From Eledone cirrhosa (lineage: Eukaryota), in assembly GCA_964016885.1 (NCBI GenBank), contig CAXHJY010000818.1, forward strand, positions 131,679 to 195,678: a DNA stretch of 64,000 nucleotides, written 5' to 3'. Each line of letters opens with the position of its first letter. Position 1 is the first letter of the stretch. The notes under the pieces were generated by a model. It did no database searches, was not told the origin of the DNA, and worked only from the letters and a program-made list of their open reading frames with translations. A program made the translations under genes and the position numbers. Positions 14,556 through 28,689 of the stretch are shown here, piece after piece.

Positions 14556-15270
14556 TTAAACCTTCTATTACCATATTTCTAATGAAAGACACTGTTTATG
14601 TCATTAACCCTTTCATTACCATATTTCTAATGAAAGACACTGTCTATGTCTTTAACCCTTTCATTACCATATTTCTAATGAAAGACACTGTCCATGTCTT
14701 TAACCTTTTCATTACCATATTTCTAATGAAAGACACTGTCAATGTCATTAACCCTTTCATTACCATATTTCTAATGAAAGACACTGTCTATGTCTTTAAC
14801 CCTTTCATTACCATATTTCTAATGAAAGACACTGTCCATGTCTTTAACCTTTTCATTACCATATTTCTAATGAAAGACACTGTCTATGTCATTAACCCAT
14901 TCATTACCATATTTCTAATGAAAGACACTGTCTATGTCTTTAACCTTTTCATTACCATATTTCTAATGAAAGACACTGTCAATGTCATTAACCCATTCAT
15001 TACCATATTTCTAATGAAAGACACTGTCCATGTCTTTAACCTTTTCATTACCATATTTCTAATGAAAGACACTGTCAATGTCATTAACCCATTCATTACC
15101 ATATTTCTAATGAAAGACACTGTCTATGTCTTTAACCTTTTCATTACCATATTTCTAATGAAAGACACTGTCAATGTCATTAACCCATTCATTACCATAT
15201 TTCTAATGAAAGACACTGTCTATGTCTTTAACCTTTTCATTGCCATATTTCTAATGAAGGACACTGCCTA
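14556..15270. repeat. 48-bp minisatellite (about 15 copies)
   Basis: Unit ttaaccctttcattaccatatttctaatgaaagacactgtctatgtct. Confidence 0.95.
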
Positions 15271-15448
15271 GGTTTATAATGACTAGACAGTATAAGGAGC
15301 AGACACAAGAAAACTTATGTCATTTAATCCACCAAACTAAGATTCTTGTCACTTTATCACATTTTCTTAATTTATTTCTTTTTCTATTTCTCATTCAATC
15401 CTGATGAAGGACTAACGCTTGAAACATTGGTGGAAACAATTTAAAGAT

Positions 15449-15546
<98 letters not shown>

Positions 15547-15882
15547 AAGGAGAGATCTCAGTAAAATTCAACATCTTATGTTTCCCCTCCAACCCCCTTT
15601 TCTCACTTCCAGCCCCACCTCTCCCACCACCATCTACTAATGAGTTCATTATGGCTGAACAAGATACAGAACATTAAGCCAGAAACAGACCACATCCTTA
15701 AACCACCACCACTCCCCTACACCACCACACCCCTACATCACCACCACCACCACCACCACCACCCCACATCCTTACACCACCACCACTACACCACCTCTAA
15801 TTACTTCAAATCCTTATCTTATCTTCTACATTTAGTGACTTGCCATTCTGGTTAATTCCTTCTGTGAGGTGATGTAATGTAC

Positions 15883-16990
15883 CTACCACCACCACCACCA
15901 CAACCACCACCAATACCACCACCACCACCAATACCCCCACCACCACCACCACAACCAATACCACCGCCACCACCACCACCACAACCACCACCAATACCAC
16001 CACCACCACCACCACCACAACCACCACCACCATCACCAATACCACCACCACCACCACCAATACCAATACCACCACCACAACAACCAATACCACCACCACC
16101 ACCACCACAACAACCAATACCAACACCACCACCACCACAACAACCAATACCAGCACCACCACCACAACCAATACCACCACCACCACAACCAATACCACCA
16201 CCACCACAACCAATACCACCACCACCACAACCAATACCACCACCACCACCACAACCAAAACCACCACCGCAACCAATACCACCACCACCACAACAACCAA
16301 TACCACCACCACCACAACCAATACCACCACCACCACCACAACCACCACAACAACCAATACCACCACCACCACAACCAATACCACCACCACCACCACAACC
16401 AAAACCACCACCGCAACCAATACCACCACCACCACAACAACCAATACCACCACCACCACAACCAATACCACCACCACCACCACAACCACCACAACAACCA
16501 ATACCACCACCACCACAACCAATACCAATACCACCACCACCACCACCACCAATACCACCACCACCACCACAACCACCACAACAACCAATACCACCACCAC
16601 CACAACCAATACCAATACCACCACCACCACCACAACCAATACCACCACCACCAATACCACCACCACCACCACAACCAATACCACCACCACCACCACCAAT
16701 ACCACCATCACCACCACCACCAATACCACCACCACCACCACCAATACCACCACCACCACCACCACCAATACCACCACCACCACCACCAATACCACCACCA
16801 CCACCACAACCAATACCACCACCACCACCACCAATACCACCACCACCACCACCACCAATACCACCATCACCACCACCACCAATACCACCACCACCACCAC
16901 CAATACCACCACCACCACCACAACCAATACCACCACCACCACCACCAATACCACCATCACCACCACCACCAATACCACCACCACCACCAG
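15883..16990. repeat. (CCA)n/CCAATA degenerate trinucleotide tract
   Basis: Source of the spurious poly-Pro and poly-Val ORFs. Confidence 0.9.
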
Positions 16991-17402
16991 CAACTCCTCT
17001 AAAATGCCATCCACCATATTACCGCCACCTCCACCATATTATATTGTTAGAGAAGGTAAACATCAGATTTGGTAGAGATACTCTCCTAACATTGGTAAAC
17101 AAGTACAACTTAGACAGAAAAATATCATTTTTCAGGAATAATCTTAAATGCAATGAATAGGAGGAGGAGGAGGAGGAGGAGGAGAAAGAAGAGAAAAACA
17201 ACAATAAATAAATTTATATAAAAACAAAAAAAGTCTACAATTTTTCTTCTTTTTATAAATTTTCGATGAAAATCATGATTTTATGTTTGCTGACATTTTA
17301 CTAAGCAGATGTGTTGTTACATATCGCTGTCATATAATACAGTAATGTTATAAAGAATAAATTGCAGAATCAGTGTTTACATAAGCAATAATTTCTACAC
17401 TT

Positions 17403-18368
17403 TTAACCCTTTCATTACCATATTTCTAATGAAAGACACACTGTCTATGTCTTTAACCCTTTCACAACTATATTTCTAATGAAAGACACTGTCTATGTCT
17501 TTAACCCTTTCATTACCATATTTCTAATGAAAGACACTGTCTATGTCTTTAACCCTTTCACAACTATATTACTAATGAAAGACACTGTCTATGTCTTTAA
17601 CCCTTTCACAACTATATTTCTAATGAAAGACACTGTCCATGTCTTTAACCCTTTCACAACTATATTTCTAATGAAAGACACTGTCTATGTCTTTAACCCT
17701 TTCACAACTATATTTCTAATGAAAGACACTGTCTATGTCTTTAACCCTTTCACAACTATATTTCTAATGAAAGACACTGTCTATGTCTTTAACCCTTTCA
17801 CAACTATATTTCTAATGAAAGACACTGTCTATGTCTTTAACCCTTTCACAACTATATTTCTAATGAAAGACACTGTCTATGTCTTTAACCCTTTCACAAC
17901 TATATTTCTAATGAAAGACACTGTCTATGTCTTTAACCCTTTCACAACTATATTTCTAATGAAAGACACTGTCTATGTCTTTAACCCTTTCACAACTATA
18001 TTTCTAATGAAAGACACTGTCAATGTCTTTAACCCTTTCACAACTATATTTCTAATGAAAGACACTGTCTATGTCTTTAACCCTTTCACAACTATATTTC
18101 TAATGAAAGACACTGTCTATGTCTTTAACCCTTTCACAACTATATTTCTAATGAAAGACACTGTCTATGTCTTTAACCCTTTCACAACTATATTTCTAAT
18201 GAAAGACACTGTCTATGTCTTTAACCCTTTCACAACTATATTTCTAATGAAAGACACTGTCTATGTCTTTAACCCTTTCACAACTATATTTCTAATGAAA
18301 GACACTGTCAATGTCTTTAACCCTTTTACAACTATATTTCTAATGAAAGACACTGTCTATGTCTTTAA
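17403..18368. repeat. 48-bp minisatellite (about 20 copies)
   Basis: Unit ttaaccctttcacaactatatttctaatgaaagacactgtctatgtct. Confidence 0.95.
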
Positions 18369-18699
18369 TTTTCAGCAAATTTTGAAAATAATGGAGAATT
18401 TGGCTGGATGCCCTTGTTAATGCCAACATTTTCATGGTGTGTACCAGATTTGTTTTCTTGTGGTACCAGCACTACCACCTGACAGGCGGAACTAGGTGCC
18501 TGTTTCATCTCTACATCACTACCACTTTACACTGTGGGCTAGCTACATACATACATTATCAACATTTTATATTTATGGTCAGTGCTGGTGTGGGTTTGAT
18601 AGGTTGTCTCATTCTCAGATTTGACAAGTCAGACAACCATGTCTTCCACATACATTCCATTTTTGGTATGGTTTCTACAGGTGGATGTCCTTCACAATG

Positions 18700-18925
18700 C
18701 CAACCACTGGGTGTATTTTATCATGAGACCAACACAACCACTTTACAGAGTGTACTGGGTGTATTTTATCATGACACCAACACAACCACTTTACAGAGTG
18801 TACTGGGTGTATTTTATCACGACACCAACACAACCACTTTACAGAGTGTACTGGGTGTATTTTATCACGACACCAACACAACCACTTTACAGAGTGTACT
18901 GGGTGTATTTTATCATGACAGCAAC
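18700..18925. repeat. 48-bp tandem repeat (about 4.5 copies) inside a family C SINE remnant
   Basis: Unit acaaccactttacagagtgtactgggtgtattttatcatgacaccaac. Confidence 0.9.
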
Positions 18926-19831
18926 ACCGGTAGTTTGTAATTGGATGGGGTGCTTTTTATAACAGCACCAGCAATGTGCAACATGCACTGATATAAATGT
19001 ACATATAATATGTGTGTGTGATGGTGTGTGTATGTGGAGAGAGAGAGAAAGAGAGAGAGAGAGAGATGGAGAGAGAGAGCGAGAGAGAGAGATGGAGAGA
19101 GAGAGCGAGAGAGAGAGATGGAGAGAGAGAAAGGGATGGAGAGAGAGAGAGAGGGATGGAGGGAGAGGGATTGAGGGAGAGGGAGGGAGGGATTGAGAGA
19201 GAGGGAGAGGGAGGGAGGGATGGAGAGAGAGGGAGAGCGAGAGAGGGAGGGAGGGATGGAGAGAGAGAGATATGGGGAGAGAGGGAGGGAGGGATGGAGA
19301 GAGAGATATGGGGAGAGAGAGAGATGGGGAGAGAGAGAGAGATGGGGAGAGGGATGGGGAGAGAGGGATGGGGAGGGAGAGAGGGATGGGGAGGGAGAGA
19401 GGGATGGGGAGGGAGAGAGGGATGGGGAGAGAGAGAGAGGGATGGAGATGTAAAGTTGTTTGTTAAATGTTACTTCTACAAAAGGTCATCGCATAATAAC
19501 AATAGTAACAACAACAATAACAACAACAATAACAACAATAACAACAACAATAACAACAATAACAACAGTAACAACAGTAACAACGACAGTAACAACAGTA
19601 ACAACAATAACAACAGTAACAACAACAACAACAACAACAACAACAGTAAAATGTGATATCAGGAGTAACCACAGCAATTAGCAACAAGAAGCAGACGGCC
19701 TGAGGAGGGAGTAAAAAGGTGATGGTGGGGTGGTAGTGGTGGTGGTGGTGAGGGTGGTGATTTTTATGTGTATATGTGTATGAGCATATCTATGTATGTA
19801 TGTATATACATTGTGTGTGTGTATGTATGTG

Positions 19832-19874
<43 letters not shown>

Positions 19875-19881
19875 ATATGTA

Positions 19882-19956
<75 letters not shown>

Positions 19957-20168
19957 TGTACTGTGTTTCTTCCATTTTTCCATTGTCTTCACCAACCAAT
20001 TTTAATTTATTGATAATCTTAGCCATGGAGGACACTTTTTTAATATATATATATATATGGATATGTGTATATATATATATATATATATGGATATGTATAT
20101 TTATATATATATATATATATTGATAGCATATTGAATCTTTGGTGTTTCTTATAAATACACACACATAC

Positions 20169-20219
<51 letters not shown>

Positions 20220-20338
20220 CATACACACACACGCACATATATATATATATATATACACACACATATATATATATCCACACACACACACATATATATATAT
20301 ACATACACACACACACATATATATACATACATATACAT

Positions 20339-20383
<45 letters not shown>

Positions 20384-20783
20384 TATATACATACATACAT
20401 ATACATACACACACACATATATATATACACATATGACAGAGCCACTCTGGCTCAATCTGTTCACCATCCATCAGATGACAAGACTCTGGTGAATTAGATT
20501 TACTAAACCTCTTGTTGCATCTCTTGTTATAAGAGAGAAGCAGGCTTCCATTAATTGTGGCAGTGACTCACTCTCTGTCTTCTCAGCAGAGTTCTTATAA
20601 TGTTATGGGATAGAAGAGGCAGTGGTGGTGTGGTGGTGGTGTGGTGGTGGTGGCAGGGTGGTAGGAGGCTGCATTCACCCCATCCCTCTCTCCTCCCCAT
20701 CCCCCAACTTTCCAATACACTATTTGCAGTTACTTAATATACATTAAGGCATTGTGTATACATGTACGTGTACAGATACACAC

Positions 20784-20870
<87 letters not shown>

Positions 20871-21404
20871 CGTATGGGTAGGTATGTATACATTATATAT
20901 GTGTGTATATATATATATAAATTGTAGCTCTCTCTCTCTCTACACACACACACAGATATCCTTGACTGGCAGCCTGAAAATGTGGAATGGTACCTGATGC
21001 TAGTTACATGACCCGTAGCTTCAAGTGCCATTCAGAGAATATTCCCCAAGGTTCTGTGTATCGAATCTGGACATGTAGTCATAGATTAAACTTAAATCAG
21101 GTTCTCGTTTAGAATTACTGATTGTTGGCAAATAATCTGGAACCTGAGTCTGTAAATCTCTCATCAAATATATTTGGCACAGAATACATTATTATCTTTT
21201 CACTCCTCATTGTCTTTCTTTTAATGCAATGCTTTGGTTCTGATGTGGAGTTTCTCTGTAAGGCAGAGGTGACAGTAACTTGATCCAGTTTTAGACATTT
21301 AGTCATGGGTTTGTAATCCTTTCTAGCACTGACTCACATACACACTCATACATAGAAACACAGTCCCATTTACAGGATGTCCCATAAATAAATCAGTACC
21401 TAAA

Positions 21405-21620
21405 CATCATCATCATCATCGTTTAAAGTCTATCTTCCATGCTAGCATGGGTTAGACGGGAATTGTCCCACTTGAGGCAATATTGGTCGGGTGACCGTGT
21501 CTCACTCGTATAGGACTATCTGGCAGGTTTTCTACAGCTGGATGCCCTTCCTAACACCAACCACATTTACAGTGTGGACTGGCAGCTTTTTACCGTGTTA
21601 CCTACATGGCCACAATACAG
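21405..21620 (-). mobile_element. SINE-like repeat with RTE-derived 3' tail (family C)
   Basis: catcatcatcgtttaaagtctatcttccatgctagcatgggttagacggg...ggatgcccttcctaacaccaacc. Related copies at 3468-3650, 12710-12880, 26980-27140, 55580-55695, 55785-55957, 59217-59430, 59660-59865, 60197-60415 and 62013-62120. Confidence 0.8.
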
Positions 21621-22430
21621 CATGGACTGTATTTTTTGTTGTGACACCTACATGACCTCATTAGTTTGGACTGGATGTTGTGGTACCAACATAACTTTAC
21701 AGATAAAGGGTGGTGTTGGTGGGAGTGGGAGGATGGAGTAGGGGTAGTGAGTTAGGGTGTATATTTGGTTAAGAGGTGCCTACTGACTGTAGGTTTCGCT
21801 TTGTACGTAAGGGAAGGCGGGTCTTCTGTATTACTGCGTGCATTGTTTTATATTTATATTCCTGATCAATTTATGGGATACATTTTGTGAAAGATGATGA
21901 TGATGATGATGATAAAAGAGTATATATGCAGGTGCAGAGATGACTGTACAGTTGTGATGTTCAGTTTGCAAACACATACTTCTCGGTTTAATACTTTCTT
22001 GTTGTATTTTGAGCAACTGTTAACCTTTTCATTAAAATATTTTTAATAAACCTTATTTTTTTTATGAAGAATCTTAAGAGATTTATTAAAAATATTAATT
22101 ATTTCATTACTAAGATAGCAGCCTAACATAAGATAGCAGCCTAACATAAGATAGCAGCCTAACATAAGATAGCAGCCTAACATATGGTTCTTATATAAAA
22201 TTATGCTAGAAAATTTGAAGTGAAATAGGAATTTTTTAAAATGAGTGGTTTGGTTTCATAGAAGATGAGCCAGTTTAGGGCAGGTTATGGAAGCATTGTT
22301 TTCTTGGTCCAATTTGACAAGTTCCACCCTACTCAGTAAGCAAATGAGGTCTGGGATCTTGTTGATGGAACTCTATATTCTGTAGTAGTGAAATAGTTAA
22401 ATATGAGGCAAGGGAAGATAATTAGGTTAC

Positions 22431-22530
22431 CTGATAGCTTTGTTGGCACATTACCATCATTGCTGATATTGGCTGTAGGTTTGTTCATTGCCTGAGGGTT
22501 CGACACAAAAAACTGCATTTTGTAAGGCAT
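22431..22530 (-). CDS. RYK: RYK WIF-domain exon (second seen)
   Basis: ctcatttcAG|ATG CCT TAC... to ...CTA TCA G|GTaacc; 100 nt, phase 0 to 1. Encodes MPYKMQFFVSNPQAMNKPTANISNDGNVPTKLS (cf. RYK ..AMDMPQVNISVQGEVPRTLS). Phase matches both neighbouring exons. Confidence 0.9.
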
Positions 22531-22689
22531 CTGAAATGAGAAAGAACAACAATGTTTATTTGAGAGAACCTGAGTAAATTGATGTAAAGTGGTTGGTGAT
22601 AGTAAGGGCATCCAGTCATAGAAAATCTGTCAAACAAACGGCTGGGAGGACTCTTCAGTTGTGTTAAAGACATGACAACTTCCATTACC

Positions 22690-23180
22690 AACAGTTACCA
22701 ACAACCTATTCTACAACCTACCAATAGCTACCAACAACCAATTCTACAATCTACCAACAACCTACAAATAGCTACCAACAACCAATTCTACAATCTACCA
22801 ACAACCTATTCTACAACCTAGCAATAGCTACCAACAACCAATTCTACAATCTACCAACAACCTATTCTACAACCTACCAATAGCTACCAACAACCAATTC
22901 TACAATCTACCAACAACCTATTCTACAACCTACCAATAGCTACCAACAACCAATTCTACAATCTACCAACAACCTACAAATAGCTACCAACAACCAATTC
23001 TACAATCTACCAACAACCTATTCTACAACCTACCAATAGCTACCAACAACCAATTCTACAATCTACCAACAACCTATTCTACAACCTACCAATAGCTACC
23101 AACAACCAATTCTACAATCTACCAACAACCTATTCTACAACCTACCAATAGCTACCAACAACCAATTCTGCAATTTACCA
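22690..23180. repeat. Composite minisatellite
   Basis: Alternating ccaacaacctattctacaacctaccaatagcta / ccaacaaccaattctacaatcta. Confidence 0.88.
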
Positions 23181-23807
23181 ACTCACACTAAAATCTGAAA
23201 TTCAATGAAATGAACCATAACAACAACAACAACAGTTTTTTTTTAAATTCGTGAACATTTCAAAACCTGCTGCTGGCTTTCTTAACAGAATTTCCTCTCA
23301 TTATCACAACTTTAGTGGTTTTATGTATATACATGTGTGTGTGTGTGTAAGTGTGTATGTGAGAGTGTGTGTGTAGCTATGTGAGTATATGGGTGTGTGT
23401 GTGTGTGTGTTTATAAACATATGTGTGTGAGTGTGTGTGTCTGTGTACATGTGTGAGGTGAGTCTGTACATGTCTGTACATGTGTGTGTTCGTGTGTGAG
23501 TGTGCATGTGTGTGTTTGTGTACATGTGTGAGTGTGCGAGTGTGTGTGTGCGATTGTGTGTGTGAGTGTGTGTTTTTCAAAAGCAGAGGAAGTTGGTTAT
23601 TTTGTGAGTTTCTTTAATTTTTCAGTGTTTTTTGGGGGGGATATTTCTATTATTGCTGATATCATTACATTGATATCATTGACACAGCCTGGGGACAAGA
23701 ACTCCCACCTTATATATATATACATACACACACACATATATATACATATACACATACACACACACACATATATATATACATACATACATACACACACATA
23801 TATATAT

Positions 23808-23842
<35 letters not shown>

Positions 23843-23878
23843 TATATATACATACATACACACACCCATATATATGTG

Positions 23879-23922
<44 letters not shown>

Positions 23923-23973
23923 CACATGCACACACACACATATATATATACATACATACACACACATATATAT

Positions 23974-24004
<31 letters not shown>

Positions 24005-24212
24005 TATATATATACATACATACACCCATATATATATACATACATACACACATATATATATATACATACACACACACATATATATACATACATACACACA
24101 CCCATATATATACATACATACACACACCCATATATATGTGTATATATATATATACACACACACACACACATATATATGTATATATATATATAGATATATA
24201 TATGTATATATA

Positions 24213-24246
<34 letters not shown>

Positions 24247-25703
24247 CATACACACACACACACATATATATATATATAAAACTATTTGGTGTAAATATGT
24301 ATAGTGAAAGTAATAAAAATACTAATAAAATAAGTAAACTATAGGAGGGAGATACTTGGAAATATACAAATATAAAGAAAGATAAAATAAAATAAAAATG
24401 AAAAATGAAAGGAAAAGCAGAGAATTTTCAAGAAACTGCAGGGGGGGATAACTTGAACATGAAATATCAGAATTCTTCAAAGAAGGAAATGAGAGCTGCT
24501 TAAAAAAAGATGGCAGTGAAAGATCTAACTATTCAGAGAGAAATCAAAAGGTTACTCATTGAACAGTAGGTAATTGTATAGTAAATATTTAGAGGTCTGT
24601 CTGTAAGGAGTTAGTAATTCAGATCTTTCATTAAAAGCATGCTAACCTTAGAATGTGGTGGAAAACTTTTCACCTAAACACAGCTTGTAATGTAAGTTTC
24701 AATAGAAGAATACATGTTTATACAGTACCACTTGCTCCAGAAGTCTCTGAACTGGATTCTTGAAAATCCCTATATATTTGGACAAACTAGTTGAAATTTC
24801 TTTTCTCTAAATGTTTGATGGAATTGATGTATTGGTAAAGTGTATTTTTAATTTGCTTACAATTAATTTAATGTAAGATTTAAACATACAGCTGTTGTCC
24901 TTTAGTTCAATAAATTAAAACTTCTGAAAGGCTTGTGAGGATAATTGTGTGTAGTAAAGTAATTATTGGTAGGTAGAGTGATTGTGTTATTTGTGTTCGA
25001 GAGGCCTTTAAAGTTGAGCAAGTGAAATTTTTACAGCAAGACTAACTGACTTTACTTGTGTTTCTGTTAAAGATCTTATGATATTTGCGATTTATTAGAA
25101 AGTGCAAAGAGAGTAAATTGAAGAAGTATTTCTGGATATTTGTTTTTACTTTTAACCAGCCACATCTGGCCAGAATTCTCTCACCTCTTTCTATTCAAAC
25201 TGGCTGTAACCGGTCACTCATACTAAATAATATCAAACTCTCATAGATTCGATATTATGTGAGGTAAAGCCTTTACTGCAAAAATACAATAGTAATTTAG
25301 AGTAATGTAAATGCTAAAGGGTTAAACTAAATGTTAGAACTCCAGGATATTTGTATATTTATCCAAGGGCAGGTAATCTATTGGAGTTTATCTGAAAAAC
25401 TGCTGCAGTTACAAATTGCCTAATTATAATAATGAGAAATGCTAATAAATGTGGTTTGTTCAGATAATGAAAAAATATATTTACTAATATTAGGAATTTT
25501 CATAGAATGTTGGAAGGGAAATTGCAAATCTTATTAATATAAAATTATTTTCCATTAAATTTTTAGGAATTTCCTATAATTATGCTTAATTAAGCCCTAA
25601 GATATAATTTGATGAGGATATCAATTAAATTACTTCCATCTTGTTTTTTACCTAGATAGAATTGTCACAAAGGTAAATAGGATTTCTTGTGTACATAATT
25701 GTT

Positions 25704-26179
25704 TTAACCCTTTTGTTACCATATTTCTAATGAAACACAGATTCTCATTTTCGAATTATTTAAAAAATAATCAAGAATTTGAAGAGATTTAGTAATATAA
25801 CTAACTTTCTCATTATCAACACTTTAGCATTTAAACCGACTGTATCCGGCTAGAATTATTTCACCTCTTTCTCTTCAAACCAATCATACTGGCCACTCAT
25901 ACTTATGTTAAGGTATTGTTCTCAAAATAAATAACATCAAAATCTCATAGATTAAATATTATGTGGAAAAAAGCTTTTACCATGAAAATACAATAGTTTA
26001 TACAGTAGAGTAATCTAAATGTTAAAGGGTTAAGTTGATATTTGGAACCTAACTTAAAGATGTTTAAAAATGAAATTATGAAGTAAGATTTTGTTTAGAG
26101 AAATATAAAAACTTTACAAACAAACAGTTTTGTACGACAAAACGGGGGGTTCCAGGTGTTTTGGTATCAAAGGGGTTAA
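25704..26179 (+). mobile_element. TTAA MITE family M2 with a nested M1 copy (25816-26033)
   Basis: M2 termini TTAAcccttttgttacca...tggtatcaaaggggTTAA. The inner M1 carries a single 60-bp unit and ends aaagggTTAA. Confidence 0.7.
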
Positions 26180-26787
26180 TATCTAATTCAATGGTAGGAA
26201 CAATTGTGTTGTTTAGTAAAGGCCAAAGCTTTAAGGAAAAAAAAATGTTTAATTATGGAAATATAAAAATCAATAATATTGAACTTGGTAAATCTACAAT
26301 GCTGCTATTGTCACTAATAAACCATTCTATTACCAACATACTATTGTTCTAGAAAAGAAGGGATTTAGCATTCGGCTTGGTTTTGTTTGTATGTTGTTGG
26401 TTTATCTGTTGTGTTTTTTTACTATTCTGAGAATAATTGAATATACTTGTTCCCAACTCCAGATTCAGTTTTTGGTGGTGCTGAAGTACACAATAGGTAT
26501 ACATCTTTTATTTTTGGGAGATAGACTTACACATATATATACATATACATACATACACACACACATACTTATAATTAGACCTGTACACACATATATATAC
26601 ATACATACATACACACACACATACTTATAATTAGACCTGTACACATATATATATATATACATACATACACATATACATACATATAACTAGACATATACAC
26701 ATATATATATACATACATACACATATACATACATACATACAACTAGACATATACACATATATACATACATAGTACTTATAACTAGAA

Positions 26788-26822
<35 letters not shown>

Positions 26823-27360
26823 CACACATACATGCACACACACATATATATATACATATATACTCATAACTAAACATATACACATGTATACAATGTGTAC
26901 GTGTAAACAACTATGATTAGCACATTAGTACACAAAGCCAACATATATATAAGAATGTGTGTCTATATATATATTGTGCTTAGTGTTAGGAAGGGCATCC
27001 AGCTGTAAAATACCCAGCCAAATTTACAGTCCTCCCTGGAACAACGTGTGATATGGCCAACTCTGGGTAGACTTGCCTCTAAGCATGGACGACCCGTCGA
27101 ACCCATGCAAGAATTGACACTAAACAGAGATGATGATGATATATATATATATATATATATATAAGCAGAAGGGATATTCAATTTGTTGGTAATTCAACAA
27201 ATATAAATGTTTATAACTGATTCAGAGCACTAGACAGGTTTTCTGGAGTATAATTGTTTCTACTTTTGGCACAAGGCCAGCAATTACCCAGTGTATTACT
27301 GGTGCTTTATTTTATCGACCCCATAAGGATGAAAGGCAAAGTTAATATTCAATGATATTA

Positions 27361-27745
27361 AATACCATTGCCAACAACAACCCTGAGTACCTTTTTGATT
27401 TCCATGTGTCTAACACACATGGACATGCCCACAAAGCCAGAAAACAGCACAGTTCCCATAACTTTCAGAAACATTTTTTCATGCTCAGAGTTGCTGAAGC
27501 ATGGAACAAACTACCTGTGTCAGTTGTTAGCTGTCGAGACACTGCATCCTTTAAAACCTCCATGCTTCCCGAGATTCGCCAACACTACACCTAATGTTCC
27601 CCCTCCATACACATACACACATGTATACCATGACTCATACACTATTCACTTCCCTGACATTTGTGTATTATTCTATGTACTATACATACACCTTTGACGA
27701 GTTGTAGTGCACCTGAGCACTTTACACAATAATTTCATTATTATT
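27361..27745 (+). mobile_element. CR1-clade LINE 3' fragment plus 3' UTR
   Basis: ORF 27352-27594: HGH..K..HFF..RV..AWNKLP..VV...SFK, the usual CR1/L2-group ORF2 C-terminal signature, followed by a short ATT tail. Confidence 0.82.
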
Positions 27746-27775
27746 AAATGGAAACTATATTTATAAAACCATATT

Positions 27776-27837
27776 TATTCTATTATATACATTTCAAGGG
27801 TACCAAAAACTTTGGTACGCTTTCATCAGATAAAATA
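27776..27837 (-). ncRNA. Type I minimal hammerhead motif (inverted twin)
   Basis: Reverse complement of 27947-28008, with stem III TGTATA. Confidence 0.75.
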
Positions 27838-27946
27838 CAAAGAGTGTTTTATAAATTTTGACATAGCCAAGGAACATACCTTAACGGTTGAAGTTTTCCT
27901 TAAGGTATGTTCCTTGGCTATGTCAAAATTTATAAAACACACTTTG

Positions 27947-28008
27947 TATTTTATCTGATGAAAGCGTACCAAAGTTTTTGGTACCCTTGAAATATATATA
28001 ATAGAATA
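27947..28008 (+). ncRNA. Type I minimal hammerhead ribozyme motif
   Basis: TATTTTAT-CTGATGA-[aagcgtaccaaa gtt tttggtaccctt]-GAAA-TATATA-TA/ATAGAATA. Stem I is 8 bp (one G-U), stem II about 11 bp, stem III palindromic. Confidence 0.8.
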
Positions 28009-28088
28009 AATATGGTTTTATAAATATAGTTTCCATTTATTTAATATCATTGTATATATATATATATATATACATATATATACATATC

Positions 28089-28143
<55 letters not shown>

Positions 28144-28224
28144 GAGATAAGCGGAGCAAGCAAGATTCAAACAATTTTTTTAAATAAATTAAAAAATATA
28201 ATTTAAATATTTACCTATTCCAAT

Positions 28225-28307
28225 TGCTTTTACCGACGGTTTCACTTCACAAAAGATTGGAGATCCCTAGGGACTTCCAAAGGAAAAGTTTAGATCATCA
28301 GAGAGCA
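28225..28307 (-). ncRNA. Type I hammerhead motif with long stem II
   Basis: Minus strand TGCTCT-CTGATGA-[..ttggaagtccc ta gggatctccaa..]-GAAA-CCGTCGG-TA/AAAGCA. Confidence 0.6.
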
Positions 28308-28689
28308 TTTTCCTTTCCTAGGACAAAAAGTCCCAGGAACGGCAAAATATATTGCCATCTGCCAGCTAGCACAGGATCGAATAGTCACACTCCAATAAAT
28401 GTTTCTGGTTGGCTTCAGTTTCTACCTCATCTAACACGAAATTCACAGCTCACACCTACAGTTTCAGCTGGCCGCAAGGTTTGTGCCTCATAGGAGGTTT
28501 CTTGGGTATTTTAATAATAAGGGGGTTAGAAAGAAGGAGGTAGTCCTATCATGAAAAAGCAGCATGAAATGAAGTGACTTGCTCAAGGAAACAACACATC
28601 AAACCAACGATATTATGATCACAAGTCTAACCCACTAACCACTACGCCGTACTCCTTTACTAACTCACATCAATAATTTAATTCTTTCT

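Larger units (their letters stand above)
27745..28039. repeat. Long inverted repeat (140-bp arms, 15-nt spacer)
   Basis: 27745-27884 vs 27900-28039; about 2 mismatches seen by eye. Confidence 0.95.

Noticed and set aside
15806-17160. Long poly-Val, poly-Pro and poly-Trp ORFs (and similar ones at 35271, 37619, 49303, 51817)
   Set aside because: Translations of microsatellites that lack stop codons; no splice or domain evidence.
17479-18420. 313-aa repeat ORF (MKDTVYVFNPFTTIFL)n, and similar ORFs at 14582 and 39489-41569
   Set aside because: The unit length is a multiple of 3 in MITE-derived minisatellites; not a plausible protein.
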